Assembly: GCA_035319625.1 (NCBI GenBank)
Contig: DATHCH010000303.1
Location: 1-56,039 of the forward strand
Direction: 5' to 3'
From: Thermodesulfobacteriota bacterium
GTDB taxonomy: Bacteria; Desulfobacterota; BSN033; UBA1163
Length of the DNA stretch: 56,039 bases
The translations under genes and the position numbers were made by a program. The notes under the pieces were generated by a model. It was not told where the DNA came from, did not search any database, and saw only the letters and a program-made list of their open reading frames with translations. Shown here one piece after another: positions 10,016 to 19,456 of the stretch (within the stretch, counting starts at the first letter, position 1; each line of letters opens with the position of its first letter).

Positions 10016-10044
10016 TTGACAAATTTAAATTTTCAGGGTATTTG
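10016..10044 (+). promoter_or_regulatory. putative dcw promoter (Pmra)
   Basis: TTGACA-N17-TATTTG, ~65 nt upstream of mraZ. Confidence 0.45.
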
Positions 10045-10053
10045 TACATCCCA

Positions 10054-10083
10054 AGTGGTAAAAAGTGGGAAAAGGTGGTATGG
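10054..10083 (+). promoter_or_regulatory. MraZ operator-like triple direct repeat
   Basis: AGTGGTAAAA / AGTGGGAAAA / GGTGGTATGG: three GTGG[GT] boxes at exact 10-nt periodicity, between the -10 and the mraZ start. Confidence 0.55.
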
Positions 10084-10109
10084 ATTTCTAAAATGCGGGG
10101 GATGAAGCA

Positions 10110-10553
10110 ATGTTTCGGGGTCGGTATGAGCACACCATAGACTCTAAAGGTCGAATCAGCATTCCTTCAAAGTTTCGAGAGATTCTCAGCAAGAAATATG
10201 ACGACCGATTAGTCATCACCAATTTTGACCGCTGTCTGGTCGCATTTCCTTACGAAGAATGGTTCACTTTAGTAGAGCAAAAAGTGAGTTCATTCTCACT
10301 CGTCAGAAAAGAAACGAGTGCTTTTTTGAGGTTCTTTTATTCGAGTGCGATCGATTGCCTCATCGACAAGCACGGAAGGCTTCTCATCCCCCAGACGTTA
10401 AGAGATTATGCGACCCTTCAAAAAGATATTGTCTTGGTGGGCGAAGGACGATTCGTGGAAATCTTCGCCAAGGAGCGTTGGCAGGAAGTCGCTCAACAGG
10501 CAGAAGAGGGTTTTGATCAAATCAGGGATACTTTGGCCAATCTGGGAATATAA
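10110..10553 (+). CDS. mraZ: transcriptional regulator MraZ
   Basis: 147 aa. MFRGRYEHTIDSKGRISIPSKFRE plus a second SpoVT/AbrB-like half, DKHGRLLIPQTLRDYA. Confidence 0.95.
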   Translation: MFRGRYEHTIDSKGRISIPSKFREILSKKYDDRLVITNFDRCLVAFPYEEWFTLVEQKVSSFSLVRKETSAFLRFFYSSAIDCLIDKHGRLLIPQTLRDYATLQKDIVLVGEGRFVEIFAKERWQEVAQQAEEGFDQIRDTLANLGI

Positions 10554-10560
10554 CCGCCAC

Positions 10561-10623
10561 TCGTGAATCGTGATTGGTGAATCGTGAACTTATCGGATCA
10601 CGAACTACGAGCCACGAATCACG
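10561..10623. repeat. word-repeat hairpin (CGTGA words), mraZ-rsmH spacer
   Basis: TCGTGAATCGTGATTGGTGAATCGTGAAC - loop - TCACGAACTACGAGCCACGAATCACG. Confidence 0.6.
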
Positions 10624-10628
10624 TCACT

Positions 10629-11510
10629 ATGGGATCACGACACATTTCCGTCATGGTTGAAGAGGTGATGGCATTTTTAAGATGTGAACCCGGTCATACT
10701 TATGTGGATGCGACTCTGGGAGGGGGCGGGCACGCTTTTGAAATTTTGAAGAGGTCCGCACCGGATGGAATGCTTATCGGAATGGAGTGGGATGAAGAGG
10801 CCCTGTCTGAGGCAAAAAAAACACTTCTATCCTTTGGTGATCGGGTCAAACTAATCCGAGAAAATTTCGTCCATCTTCCCGACCTGATGAAGGCCGAATC
10901 CGCCGATGGGATCCTGCTCGATTTAGGGCTTTCTTCCATTCAACTGGAAAGGGAGGAAAGGGGGTTTAGTTTCAAAGGAGAGGGCCCTCTGGATATGAGG
11001 ATGGACCAACGGATTGACGAGACAGCGGCTGACCTGGTCAATAACCTTTCGTCGGAAGAGCTGGAATCCATCCTCTTTCAATATGGAGAGGAAAGATGGG
11101 CCAAGCGAATTGTCAGAGCCCTCGTGGAGGAAAGAGAACGAGAACCCATCCGGACGACCCAGGCTTTAAGAAAGATTGTCCACCATGCCATCCCAAGACG
11201 ATTTCATTCCCGGAGAATTGACCCCGCCACAAGAACGTTTCAAGCCCTGCGTATCAGGGTGAATGAGGAATTGGAGAATTTGCAAAAAATACTGGAAACA
11301 GGATGGAAGATCTTAAAAAAGGGCGGACGGATGTGCGTCATCTCTTTTCACTCCCTCGAGGATCGAATGGTCAAGGAGACGTTCCGAGCCCTGGAGAAAC
11401 AGGAAAAGATGGTTATCCTGACGAAAAAACCCGTGACGCCGTCTGAAGAAGAACAGAAGAGAAATCCTCGATCCCGGAGTGCCAAACTGAGGTGTGCGGA
11501 GAGAATTTAA
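10629..11510 (+). CDS. rsmH: 16S rRNA (cytosine1402-N4)-methyltransferase RsmH
   Basis: HISVMVEEV start region and SAM motif YVDATLGGGGH. Start moved to 10629 because the track's upstream extension translates the hairpin repeat. Confidence 0.92.
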   Translation: MGSRHISVMVEEVMAFLRCEPGHTYVDATLGGGGHAFEILKRSAPDGMLIGMEWDEEALSEAKKTLLSFGDRVKLIRENFVHLPDLMKAESADGILLDLGLSSIQLEREERGFSFKGEGPLDMRMDQRIDETAADLVNNLSSEELESILFQYGEERWAKRIVRALVEEREREPIRTTQALRKIVHHAIPRRFHSRRIDPATRTFQALRIRVNEELENLQKILETGWKILKKGGRMCVISFHSLEDRMVKETFRALEKQEKMVILTKKPVTPSEEEQKRNPRSRSAKLRCAERI

Positions 11511-11511
11511 C

Positions 11512-11856
11512 ATGGCAAAGGCAATCGACAAAAATGGAGATCGAATCCTCTGGACAGAAGAAGATTCAAGGTCCGGGCCGAAAGGAATAAAACTAAATTC
11601 CCTCATCCTTTTCAGTCTCCTCACCCTTTTTTTCATCGGGGGATCCTTGTTCTATGTCTGGTCGAGAATTCAGGTGATCCAACTCGGATACGAAATTTCG
11701 AATGCCCTAAAGGAGGAGAGGGCCTTTACCGAAGCCAATAAGAAGTTGCGGCTGGAGATCGCTACGCTCAAGTCCTATGCGCGGATTGAAAAATTTGCTG
11801 CAGAGGAGTTGAGTATGTCTAAGCCTAAACCTGACCAGATGATTGTGATCCGATGA
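11512..11856 (+). CDS. ftsL: cell division protein FtsL-like
   Basis: Small bitopic protein. TM helix LILFSLLTLFFIGGSLFYVW followed by a coiled coil. Canonical position between rsmH and ftsI. Confidence 0.75.
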   Translation: MAKAIDKNGDRILWTEEDSRSGPKGIKLNSLILFSLLTLFFIGGSLFYVWSRIQVIQLGYEISNALKEERAFTEANKKLRLEIATLKSYARIEKFAAEELSMSKPKPDQMIVIR

Positions 11857-13826
11857 AACAGAAATCTATGAATTGGTTCAAGGTCCGGATCGTCTTTCTC
11901 TCGTGTCTCCTCTTCGTCTGTTTTGTATTCGTTATGGGGAGAATGTTTCAGCTTCAGGTGCTGAAAAAAGAGCAGCTCTATAAGCTGGCCGCACAACAGC
12001 AGCATGTTCAGATCCCCCTCGTTCCCAAACGAGGGACGGTTTACGATAGCAATGGAGATGAATTGGCAGTCAGCATTGAGGTCGAATCGGTTTATGTCGA
12101 TGCTCGGAAAGTCGTTGACGTAGAGAAAACAGCCAGAGAGCTTGCCTCGATTCTTCAGATCGATCGGGAGGAATTGAAACAGAGATTGAAGACCCATCGA
12201 CCTTTTGAATGGGTTCAAAGAAAAATCTCCTCAAAGGAAGCCGAACGGATCAAGGCCCTTCAGCTGCCCGGCGTTTCTTTCTTAAATGAGAACCGGCGTT
12301 TCTATCCGAATTCCCAACTGGCCGCTCATCTTATTGGTTTCGTAGGCCTCGATTCGAAAGGTCTGGAGGGAATAGAGTTCCAATACGACGCCTTGCTCAA
12401 CGGAGAGAACCGTGTATGGACGGCCGCCAGAGATGCCCTCGGCCGGCAAATTGCCATGGGCAACGTTCCCTTTGAAAAGGAGGATCATTACCGGAATATC
12501 GTCTTGACCGTCGACAAGGCCGTTCAGCATATCGCCGAGACAGAGCTGGATCGAGGTGTCGAAAGGTGGGGAGCGAAGGGAGGCATGGTTATTGCCATGG
12601 ATCCCTCGACCGGAAAGATCCTGGCCATGGCCTCCTACCCGACTTTTAATCCAAACCAGTTCATCCAGTACCGCTCCAAAAGCTGGAGGAACGAGGCTAT
12701 CTCTGATGTCTTTGAGCCCGGTTCTCTCTTTAAAGTTTTTCTCGCCGCGGCCGCCTTGGAGGAGCAGGTGGTTCGGCCCTCCGATTCCTTCTTTTGTGAG
12801 AATGGCTCGTACACGGTATATGACCGGACGATCCATGATACCTCCAAACATGGGTGGCTTACCTTTCAACAGATTCTCAAGTTCTCCAGTAATATCGGGG
12901 CATCGAAAGTGGGCGAGAAGATGGGCAGGGAGCGTTTCTACCGATATATCGCCGCCTTCGGATTCGGTGAGAAGACTCAAATTAATCTCCCGGGAGAAGG
13001 GAAAGGAATCGTTCACCACCCAAGGTATTGGCCGCCGGTTGCCCTGGATACCATCTCCTTCGGCCAGGGAATTTCAGTGACGGGGATTCAATTGGTGACC
13101 GCTCTGTCAGCCATTGCCAACGGCGGGTTCCTGATGAGGCCCTATGTTGTAGAGAAGACTCTGAATGAGAAAGGGGAGGTGGTCCAATCGTTTCAGCCGG
13201 AGACCATCAGGAAGGTCATTTCAGGGGCGACGGCTGAAAAGGTGACGGCACTACTTAAGACGACGACGGAGAAGGGAGGGACAGGGGAAGGAGCAGTGCC
13301 CGCAGGATACGACGTGGCCGGAAAAACGGGAACGGCGCAGAAGGTCGATTCTTTATTGGGCGGGTACTCCGAAACCCGCTACACCAGTAGTTTTATGGGA
13401 TTCGCCCCTTCCGGGGAACCTAAGCTCGCACTCTTAGTCGTCATTGATGAGCCGCAGGGAGGTAACTACGGAGGAGTGGTTGCTGCTCCGATATTTAAAG
13501 CGATCATGGAAAAGGTTCTTCCGTACCTCCATGTGGTCCCAAGGGGGACGATGATTGTGAAGAACGAACTCAACGCCGCGCCCCGAAAAGAGATGTCGGA
13601 AGCCCAACCCTTGATCGACGAGATCAAGGTGGGTAAGGGAGCAGAAACGGTTGTGATGCCAGACCTTAAGGGGCTGTCCATGCGGAATGCCTTGAGCCGC
13701 ATAGAAGGGCGGGGACTAATCATCAAGGTCTCAGGGAATGGAAAGGTCGTGGAGCAGACTCCCCGGCCGGGGACAGTGATCGAGAAAGGGGATATCTGTT
13801 TCTTGAAGTTTCGATCTTCATCGTAA
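11853..13826 (+). CDS. ftsI: peptidoglycan D,D-transpeptidase FtsI (class B PBP) with C-terminal PASTA domain
   Basis: SxxK (GSLFK), SxN (FSSNIG) and KTG (GKTGTAQ) motifs. The last ~60 aa, VVMPDLKGLSMRNALSRIEGRGLIIKVSGNGKVVEQTPRPGTVIEKGD, are PASTA-like. Confidence 0.93.
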   Translation: MKQKSMNWFKVRIVFLSCLLFVCFVFVMGRMFQLQVLKKEQLYKLAAQQQHVQIPLVPKRGTVYDSNGDELAVSIEVESVYVDARKVVDVEKTARELASILQIDREELKQRLKTHRPFEWVQRKISSKEAERIKALQLPGVSFLNENRRFYPNSQLAAHLIGFVGLDSKGLEGIEFQYDALLNGENRVWTAARDALGRQIAMGNVPFEKEDHYRNIVLTVDKAVQHIAETELDRGVERWGAKGGMVIAMDPSTGKILAMASYPTFNPNQFIQYRSKSWRNEAISDVFEPGSLFKVFLAAAALEEQVVRPSDSFFCENGSYTVYDRTIHDTSKHGWLTFQQILKFSSNIGASKVGEKMGRERFYRYIAAFGFGEKTQINLPGEGKGIVHHPRYWPPVALDTISFGQGISVTGIQLVTALSAIANGGFLMRPYVVEKTLNEKGEVVQSFQPETIRKVISGATAEKVTALLKTTTEKGGTGEGAVPAGYDVAGKTGTAQKVDSLLGGYSETRYTSSFMGFAPSGEPKLALLVVIDEPQGGNYGGVVAAPIFKAIMEKVLPYLHVVPRGTMIVKNELNAAPRKEMSEAQPLIDEIKVGKGAETVVMPDLKGLSMRNALSRIEGRGLIIKVSGNGKVVEQTPRPGTVIEKGDICFLKFRSSS

Positions 13827-13869
13827 CCCCCCTTCCCCCCCTTTGCTAAAGGGGAGATGGGAGGGATTA
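13824..13869. repeat. GC-rich nested palindrome (TAACCCCCC family); its first 3 nt are the ftsI stop codon
   Basis: TAACCCCCCTTCCCCCCCTTTGCTAAAGGGGAGATGGGAGGGATTA. Confidence 0.55.
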
Positions 13870-13886
13870 GGGCCACAATAACCCAT

Positions 13887-15416
13887 ATGGAACTGAAGAA
13901 ATTATTAGAAGGCGTGGAGATCAAGAAAATCGCCGGAGAGACCCGAAAGGAGATCAAGGGGATCGCTTACCACTCGAAACAGGTAGAGAAAGATTTTCTT
14001 TTTGCCGCCATGCGAGGGATGGCAGTAGACGGGCACCAATTTGTTAGAGAGGCGATCGAAAGAGGAGCAGAGGCTGTTGTCCTGGAAGAAGGGCAAGAAG
14101 TCTCCGATCGAACCATGGTTGTCGTTCCCGATAGCCGCCGGGCCCTGGCAAAGATCTCCTCAAACTTTTATGGTGATCCATCGTCCCGGGTCAGCCTCAT
14201 TGGTATCACCGGGACAAACGGAAAGACCACCACCACCTATTTGTTAGAGTCCATTTTCAAAAACGCCGGTTGGACCGTAGGCGTGATCGGAACGATCAAT
14301 TACCGGTTCGGCCGAAAGACAACACCTGCTCCCAATACCACGCCGGAGTCGTTGGACCTACAAAGAATCCTTTGGGAGATGGTCAATGAAGGGACCTCTC
14401 ATGTGATTATGGAAGTTTCGTCCCATGGGCTTGACCTCGATCGTGTCTTTGGATGCCAATTTGATGGTGTGGTGTTTACAAATTTGACCTCCGAACATCT
14501 CGATTATCATAAGACCTTAGAGCAGTATTTCGAGAGCAAGAGGAGGCTATTCTCGGATCATTTAATGAAGAGTCGTAAGGAGAAACGATTTGCTGTGACG
14601 AACCATGACGACCCCAGAGGGGAGGAGATGGTCAAAGGGCTGGAAATGCCCGTCGTCCGTTATGGGTTGAGCCCTTCCTGCGATGTTACGGCGAATCAGG
14701 TGACCTCCTCCTTTGAAGGTCTATCCTGCCGGATCAAAACTCCGAAGGGCGATCTTTCGATCCACTCGAAACTCACGGGAGACTTCAATCTCTATAATAT
14801 CCTGGCGGCTGTGGCTGTTGGGACGGCCATGGAGGTCCCGTTAGAAACCCTAAAAGAAGGAGTGGAGGGATTGGAAGGCATTTCAGGAAGATTTGAGAAG
14901 GTCGAGAATAAGAGAGACATTCACGTTATTATCGACTATGCACACACCCACGATGCCTTGGAACGGGTTCTGTTGGGATTGAAGAATATCTTAAAGGACG
15001 GAACCCAGAACAACGGAAAGATGATCACTGTCTTCGGATGCGGTGGGGACCGGGATCGGACAAAGCGACCCTTGATGGGAGAGGTGGCGGGGAGGTACAG
15101 CGATCTCGCGATTCTCACCTCGGACAATCCAAGGACAGAAGACCCGTTGACCATCTTGGATGAGGTGGAAAGGGGTTTAAAATCTCTTCATCTAAAAGAG
15201 TGGGACGAGGATGAAATCAAGTCATGGAGATCAGGAAAGGGGTATTTGAAAGTGCCGGATCGAAGAGAAGCGATTCGCACAGCGATCCGATTGGCTCTCC
15301 CCTCGGATACGGTACTCATCGCCGGAAAAGGACACGAGGATTATCAGATCATCGGAAAGAAGAAATTTCCCTTTGACGATCGCATCGAAGCCAAAAAGGC
15401 CCTGGAGGAAGAGTGA
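13887..15416 (+). CDS. murE: UDP-N-acetylmuramoyl-L-alanyl-D-glutamate--2,6-diaminopimelate ligase
   Basis: GITGTNGKTTT P-loop and the DNPR motif (LTSDNPRTEDP) typical of the meso-DAP-adding enzyme. An alternative start at 13857 lies inside the palindromic repeat. Confidence 0.93.
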   Translation: MELKKLLEGVEIKKIAGETRKEIKGIAYHSKQVEKDFLFAAMRGMAVDGHQFVREAIERGAEAVVLEEGQEVSDRTMVVVPDSRRALAKISSNFYGDPSSRVSLIGITGTNGKTTTTYLLESIFKNAGWTVGVIGTINYRFGRKTTPAPNTTPESLDLQRILWEMVNEGTSHVIMEVSSHGLDLDRVFGCQFDGVVFTNLTSEHLDYHKTLEQYFESKRRLFSDHLMKSRKEKRFAVTNHDDPRGEEMVKGLEMPVVRYGLSPSCDVTANQVTSSFEGLSCRIKTPKGDLSIHSKLTGDFNLYNILAAVAVGTAMEVPLETLKEGVEGLEGISGRFEKVENKRDIHVIIDYAHTHDALERVLLGLKNILKDGTQNNGKMITVFGCGGDRDRTKRPLMGEVAGRYSDLAILTSDNPRTEDPLTILDEVERGLKSLHLKEWDEDEIKSWRSGKGYLKVPDRREAIRTAIRLALPSDTVLIAGKGHEDYQIIGKKKFPFDDRIEAKKALEEE

Positions 15417-16813
15417 TCCTTACCATTGATGAGGTTTTGAAGGTCACAGGAGGGAAACTCTTGCAGGGGAAGGGAGACTCCTCCTTTCAAGGGATTTCCA
15501 CGGATTCAAGAACGGTGGCTGAGGGAGAACTTTTTGTCGCCCTGAAAGGCCCCCGCTTTGACGGCCATCGTTTTGCCTTAGAGGCCCTTCGAAAAAAGGC
15601 GGGAGGCGTGTTGATCGAGGAGGGGAAGGTCGGAGACATTCGATGGAATGGTTATCGGTCCAGAGCGGTGATCGCTGTGGAAGACACCCTCTCCGCGTTA
15701 GGAAATATCGCTCAGGGTTGGAGACGCAAATACGATATCCCGCTGGTGGCTTTGACCGGAAGCAACGGTAAGACAACGACGAAAGAAATGATTGCTGTAT
15801 GCCTTGAGACGACTTTCCCCATTCTCAAAACGAAGGGGAATTTGAACAACTTGATTGGGGTCCCTCTGACACTCCTGACGCTCACCGAGAAAGAGAGGAT
15901 CGTGGTCCTTGAGATGGGGATGAATGTGCCGGGTGAGATCGGAAGGCTGGCCCAGATTGCGGAACCCGATGTGGGGCTGATCACGAACATCCAGACGGTT
16001 CATCTCGAGGGCATGGGGAGTTTGGAGAGATTGAAAGAGGAGAAGGGGGAACTCTTCCGAAGGATGAGAAGGGACGGAACGATTCTGGTGAATCAGGATG
16101 ATCCCCGAGTGGTAGATCTGGCAAGGGATTACCCCGGCCAAAAGATTACGTTCGGGACCGAACACCCTGCGGACGTCATGGCGAAAGAGATTCGACTTCG
16201 TAGCGCGCAAGGGACCTCTTTCACTTTGATTCTGGAGGGAGAAGCGCTGGATATTCATCTCCGGCTGTTGGGAAGACACTTCATCCCGAATGCCATCTCT
16301 GCCATGGCGGTGGCGTGCCTTTTCGGAGTGGAGGTGGATCGGGCCAGGGAGGCCCTGGAGAACTTTCGTCCTTTCCCCATGAGGATGGAGGTTATTCCCC
16401 TCAAGGGCGGACGGACTCTGATCAACGATGCGTACAATGCCAATCCTCACTCGACGGGAGTCGCCCTCGAGACCCTTGCAGAGGTGAAGGGAATGGGAAG
16501 GGCTATCGCTGTGTTGGGGGATATGTTAGAGCTTGGAAGTTTTACGAACGAAGCTCACGAACAAATAGGGAGAAAGGTGTGTGACCTCTCGATTGACTTC
16601 CTCCTCGTCATGGGAGATGAAGCGCCCATTGTCGTCGAGTCAGCGATTCGCCGCGGGCTTCCAATGGAGAGGGCAAGGATTGTGGAGAGTCATTCAGAAG
16701 CCATCTCTCTGCTAAGGCAGATGATCCAAAGCGGGGATTGGATATTGGTCAAGGGTTCGAGGCGGATGGCCATGGAAAAGATCGTAGAGGGTTTGGCAGA
16801 GGGGAGGGTCTAA
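15413..16813 (+). CDS. murF: UDP-N-acetylmuramoyl-tripeptide--D-alanyl-D-alanine ligase
   Basis: LTGSNGKTTTKE P-loop, Mur ligase middle and C domains, start overlapping the murE stop. Confidence 0.93.
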   Translation: MILTIDEVLKVTGGKLLQGKGDSSFQGISTDSRTVAEGELFVALKGPRFDGHRFALEALRKKAGGVLIEEGKVGDIRWNGYRSRAVIAVEDTLSALGNIAQGWRRKYDIPLVALTGSNGKTTTKEMIAVCLETTFPILKTKGNLNNLIGVPLTLLTLTEKERIVVLEMGMNVPGEIGRLAQIAEPDVGLITNIQTVHLEGMGSLERLKEEKGELFRRMRRDGTILVNQDDPRVVDLARDYPGQKITFGTEHPADVMAKEIRLRSAQGTSFTLILEGEALDIHLRLLGRHFIPNAISAMAVACLFGVEVDRAREALENFRPFPMRMEVIPLKGGRTLINDAYNANPHSTGVALETLAEVKGMGRAIAVLGDMLELGSFTNEAHEQIGRKVCDLSIDFLLVMGDEAPIVVESAIRRGLPMERARIVESHSEAISLLRQMIQSGDWILVKGSRRMAMEKIVEGLAEGRV

Positions 16814-16816
16814 AGA

Positions 16817-17893
16817 ATGCTATATCATCTCCTTTATCCCCTTCACGGGTTATTTTCTTTCTTCAATGTCTTCCGGTATATCACCTTCAGGACCATTTGC
16901 TCTATTCTCACCGCTCTTCTCATCAGTTTTATCATCGGGCCCTGGCTGATCAAGAAGTTGAGGGCTTTTCAGATTCAACAGGTGGTGAGGAAGGATGTCC
17001 CTTCTCGTCACATGGTCAAGAATGGGACTCCTACAATGGGAGGAAGCCTTATTCTGGCCGGCATTCTCGTCCCAACCCTTTTCTGGTCCGACCTGACGAA
17101 TCCCCACGTCTGGATCGTTTTGGTGACCACTTTGGCGTTCGGCCTCCTCGGTTTTTGGGATGACTATAAAAAGCTCAGGGATAAGAAAGGCATCGGCATC
17201 CGGGCTCGATATAAGTTTCCTATTCAGGTGGGCATGGGACTTGTCGTCAGCTTCATCCTGTTCAACACGATTGATCACGATTCCAGGTTGATCTTTCCCT
17301 TTTTTAAGAAAGTGATGCCGGACCTTGGGGAATGGTACATTCTCTTTGCCATGTTCGTCATCGTGGGTTCGGCCAATGCGGTCAACCTGACTGACGGGTT
17401 GGACGGATTGGCCATCGGACCCGTGCTCATTGCAAGCGCCACCTTTATGCTCTTCTGCTATCTTGCGGGAAACTTCAAATTCGCCAGCTATCTCCAAATT
17501 CCTTTTGTCAGAGGAAGCGGTGAACTGACCATCTTGTGCGGGGCCCTGGTCGGTTCGGGTCTGGGGTTTCTCTGGTTCAATACATATCCAGCTCAGGTTT
17601 TTATGGGTGACGTAGGTTCTCTCTCCCTGGGGGCAGCCCTTGGGACGATTTCTGTGATCACGAAACAAGAGTTTCTCTTGGTCATTGTAGGCGGGATTTT
17701 TGTGATCGAGGCGCTTTCGGTCATCATCCAGGTCGTCTCTTACCAGGTTCGCAAGAAACGGGTCTTCAGAATGGCACCCATTCACCATCATTTTGAGTTG
17801 AAGGGCTGGGCCGAGCCAAAGATCATTGTCCGATTCTGGGTCATCGCCATTATCCTCGGACTGATTGCGATCAGCACATTGAAGTTGAGATAA
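16817..17893 (+). CDS. mraY: phospho-N-acetylmuramoyl-pentapeptide transferase
   Basis: Polytopic membrane protein with [13 protein letters not shown] and [10 protein letters not shown] motifs. Confidence 0.95.
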   Translation: MLYHLLYPLHGLFSFFNVFRYITFRTICSILTALLISFIIGPWLIKKLRAFQIQQVVRKDVPSRHMVKNGTPTMGGSLILAGILVPTLFWSDLTNPHVWIVLVTTLAFGLLGFWDDYKKLRDKKGIGIRARYKFPIQVGMGLVVSFILFNTIDHDSRLIFPFFKKVMPDLGEWYILFAMFVIVGSANAVNLTDGLDGLAIGPVLIASATFMLFCYLAGNFKFASYLQIPFVRGSGELTILCGALVGSGLGFLWFNTYPAQVFMGDVGSLSLGAALGTISVITKQEFLLVIVGGIFVIEALSVIIQVVSYQVRKKRVFRMAPIHHHFELKGWAEPKIIVRFWVIAIILGLIAISTLKLR

Positions 17894-17896
17894 GAC

Positions 17897-17991
17897 ATGG
17901 AATATTGGAAGAATGGAATGCTGGAATATTGGGTTTAAATGCGAATAGGAATGTTTTTACCCATCATTCCAATATTCCATTATTCCAGAAT
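17897..17991. repeat. word-repeat hairpin (GGAATATTGG / CCAATATTCC words), mraY-murD spacer
   Basis: ATGGAATATTGGAAGAATGGAATGCTGGAATATTGGG - AT-rich loop - CCCATCATTCCAATATTCCATTATTCCAGAAT. Confidence 0.65.
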
Positions 17992-18028
17992 TAAGGTTTG
18001 ACATCGGCATTTTTTTAAGGAAATAGAG

Positions 18029-19372
18029 ATGGACCTTTTTGGCAAAAAAGTTTTGGTGGTGGGCATGGCCCGAACAGGAATAGCGACAGCGAAATTCCTT
18101 AAGTCAAAAGGATCTCTTGTCACCGCGACAGAGGTGAAGCCGGAAGGGGAGATGAAGGAGGCTGTTGAAGAGTTGAAGGGCCTGGATATTTCCACGGAAT
18201 GGGGGGGCCATCGAGCAGAGACCTTTCTAAAACAGGATATGATTGTCGTGAGCCCAGGCGTGGACCTGAGCATCGAGCCCATTCAGGCGGCCCTCAAGAA
18301 AAAAGTTCGGGTGATCAGCGAAATTGAACTCGCTTACCATTTCATCCAGGTCCCCATCATCTCGGTCACAGGAACCAACGGAAAGACAACGACCACCATG
18401 TTGATTGGCGAGATGCTGAAAGAGGATGGGAAAAAAGTAGGGGTGGGAGGTAATGTCGGAGAGCCACTCGTCCTTTTTGCAGACGGAAGAGATCGATGGG
18501 ACGTGTTGGTGGTTGAGATCTCCAGTTTTCAGTTAGAGGCCATCGAGGATTTTCGTCCCCGAATCGCTGTTCTTCTAAATATCACGGAGGATCATCTGGA
18601 CCGTTATCCCAGTTACACGGACTACATCAAGGCCAAGGTCAGGATTTTTGCGAATCAGAATTCCGGGGATCTGGCTGTTCTGAACAGAGATGATCCCATC
18701 GTGATGAAGTCCGGAGTGGGCGTGAGGGGGAGAAAAGTTTTTTTCAGCTTGAGCGATAAGCCTGACGAGGGCGCTTTCTCCGATGGCCAATCGATCTTCC
18801 TCAGACTCGCAGGGAAAAGAGAAAAGTATTCCTTGGCGAAAGCTCCCATGAAGGGAATCCACAATGTGGAGAATATGATGGCAGCCCTCACCGCGGCCAG
18901 GAGCTTCGGTTGCTCGAAAAGAGCGGTCCAGGCCGTTCTCAACCGGTTTGAAAGTCTCGAGCATCGCCTCGAATTTGTCCGGGAGGTCGGGGGGGTTCGC
19001 TTCTACGATGACTCCAAAGGAACGAATGTCGGTTCCGTGGTCAAATCTCTTCAGAGTTTTTCAGAACCCATCATCCTGATTGCGGGAGGGAAGGACAAAA
19101 ACGGGGATTTAGGTCCCCTTGAAGAATTGATTCGGAAACGGGTCAAACATTTGATCCTGATCGGAGAGGCGAGGGAGAGAATGAACCGGGAGCTTGGAGG
19201 GCTGACCGATACGGTCCTGGTGGAAACCATGGAAGAGGCTGTGCTCCTCGCCCACGAGAAAGCGAGAGCAGGAGAGGTGGTCCTCCTCTCACCGGCCTGT
19301 TCGAGCTTTGATATGTTCAAGGATTATAAGGAGAGGGGAAGAGTATTTAAGGAAGCCGTTTACCGCCTTTGA
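18029..19372 (+). CDS. murD: UDP-N-acetylmuramoylalanine--D-glutamate ligase
   Basis: N-terminal Rossmann VLVVGMARTGIA and VTGTNGKTTTT P-loop. Confidence 0.93.
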   Translation: MDLFGKKVLVVGMARTGIATAKFLKSKGSLVTATEVKPEGEMKEAVEELKGLDISTEWGGHRAETFLKQDMIVVSPGVDLSIEPIQAALKKKVRVISEIELAYHFIQVPIISVTGTNGKTTTTMLIGEMLKEDGKKVGVGGNVGEPLVLFADGRDRWDVLVVEISSFQLEAIEDFRPRIAVLLNITEDHLDRYPSYTDYIKAKVRIFANQNSGDLAVLNRDDPIVMKSGVGVRGRKVFFSLSDKPDEGAFSDGQSIFLRLAGKREKYSLAKAPMKGIHNVENMMAALTAARSFGCSKRAVQAVLNRFESLEHRLEFVREVGGVRFYDDSKGTNVGSVVKSLQSFSEPIILIAGGKDKNGDLGPLEELIRKRVKHLILIGEARERMNRELGGLTDTVLVETMEEAVLLAHEKARAGEVVLLSPACSSFDMFKDYKERGRVFKEAVYRL

Positions 19373-19375
19373 AAG

Positions 19376-19449
19376 GCGGAGTAAATAGTTCGGAGTAATG
19401 CGTTCGGAGCCTGGTTATAAATCAACACTCCGAACTCCAAACTCCGAAC
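19376..19449. repeat. word-repeat hairpin (TTCGGAG / CTCCGAA words), murD-ftsW spacer
   Basis: GGCGGAGTAAATAGTTCGGAGTAATGCGTTCGGAGC - loop - CACTCCGAACTCCAAACTCCGAAC. Confidence 0.65.
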
Positions 19450-19456
19450 ATAAGAT

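Noticed and set aside
12282-13019. Large antisense ORFs inside real genes: 12282-13019, 15698-16450, 16850-17791, 21999-22439, 22494-23012, 25378-26124, 3323-3961, 36051-36659, 52615-53424, 51718-52239 and 33039-33773.
   Set aside because: These are shadow frames opposite strongly supported conserved genes. They have Arg/Gly/Pro-rich low-complexity translations and no recognisable motifs.
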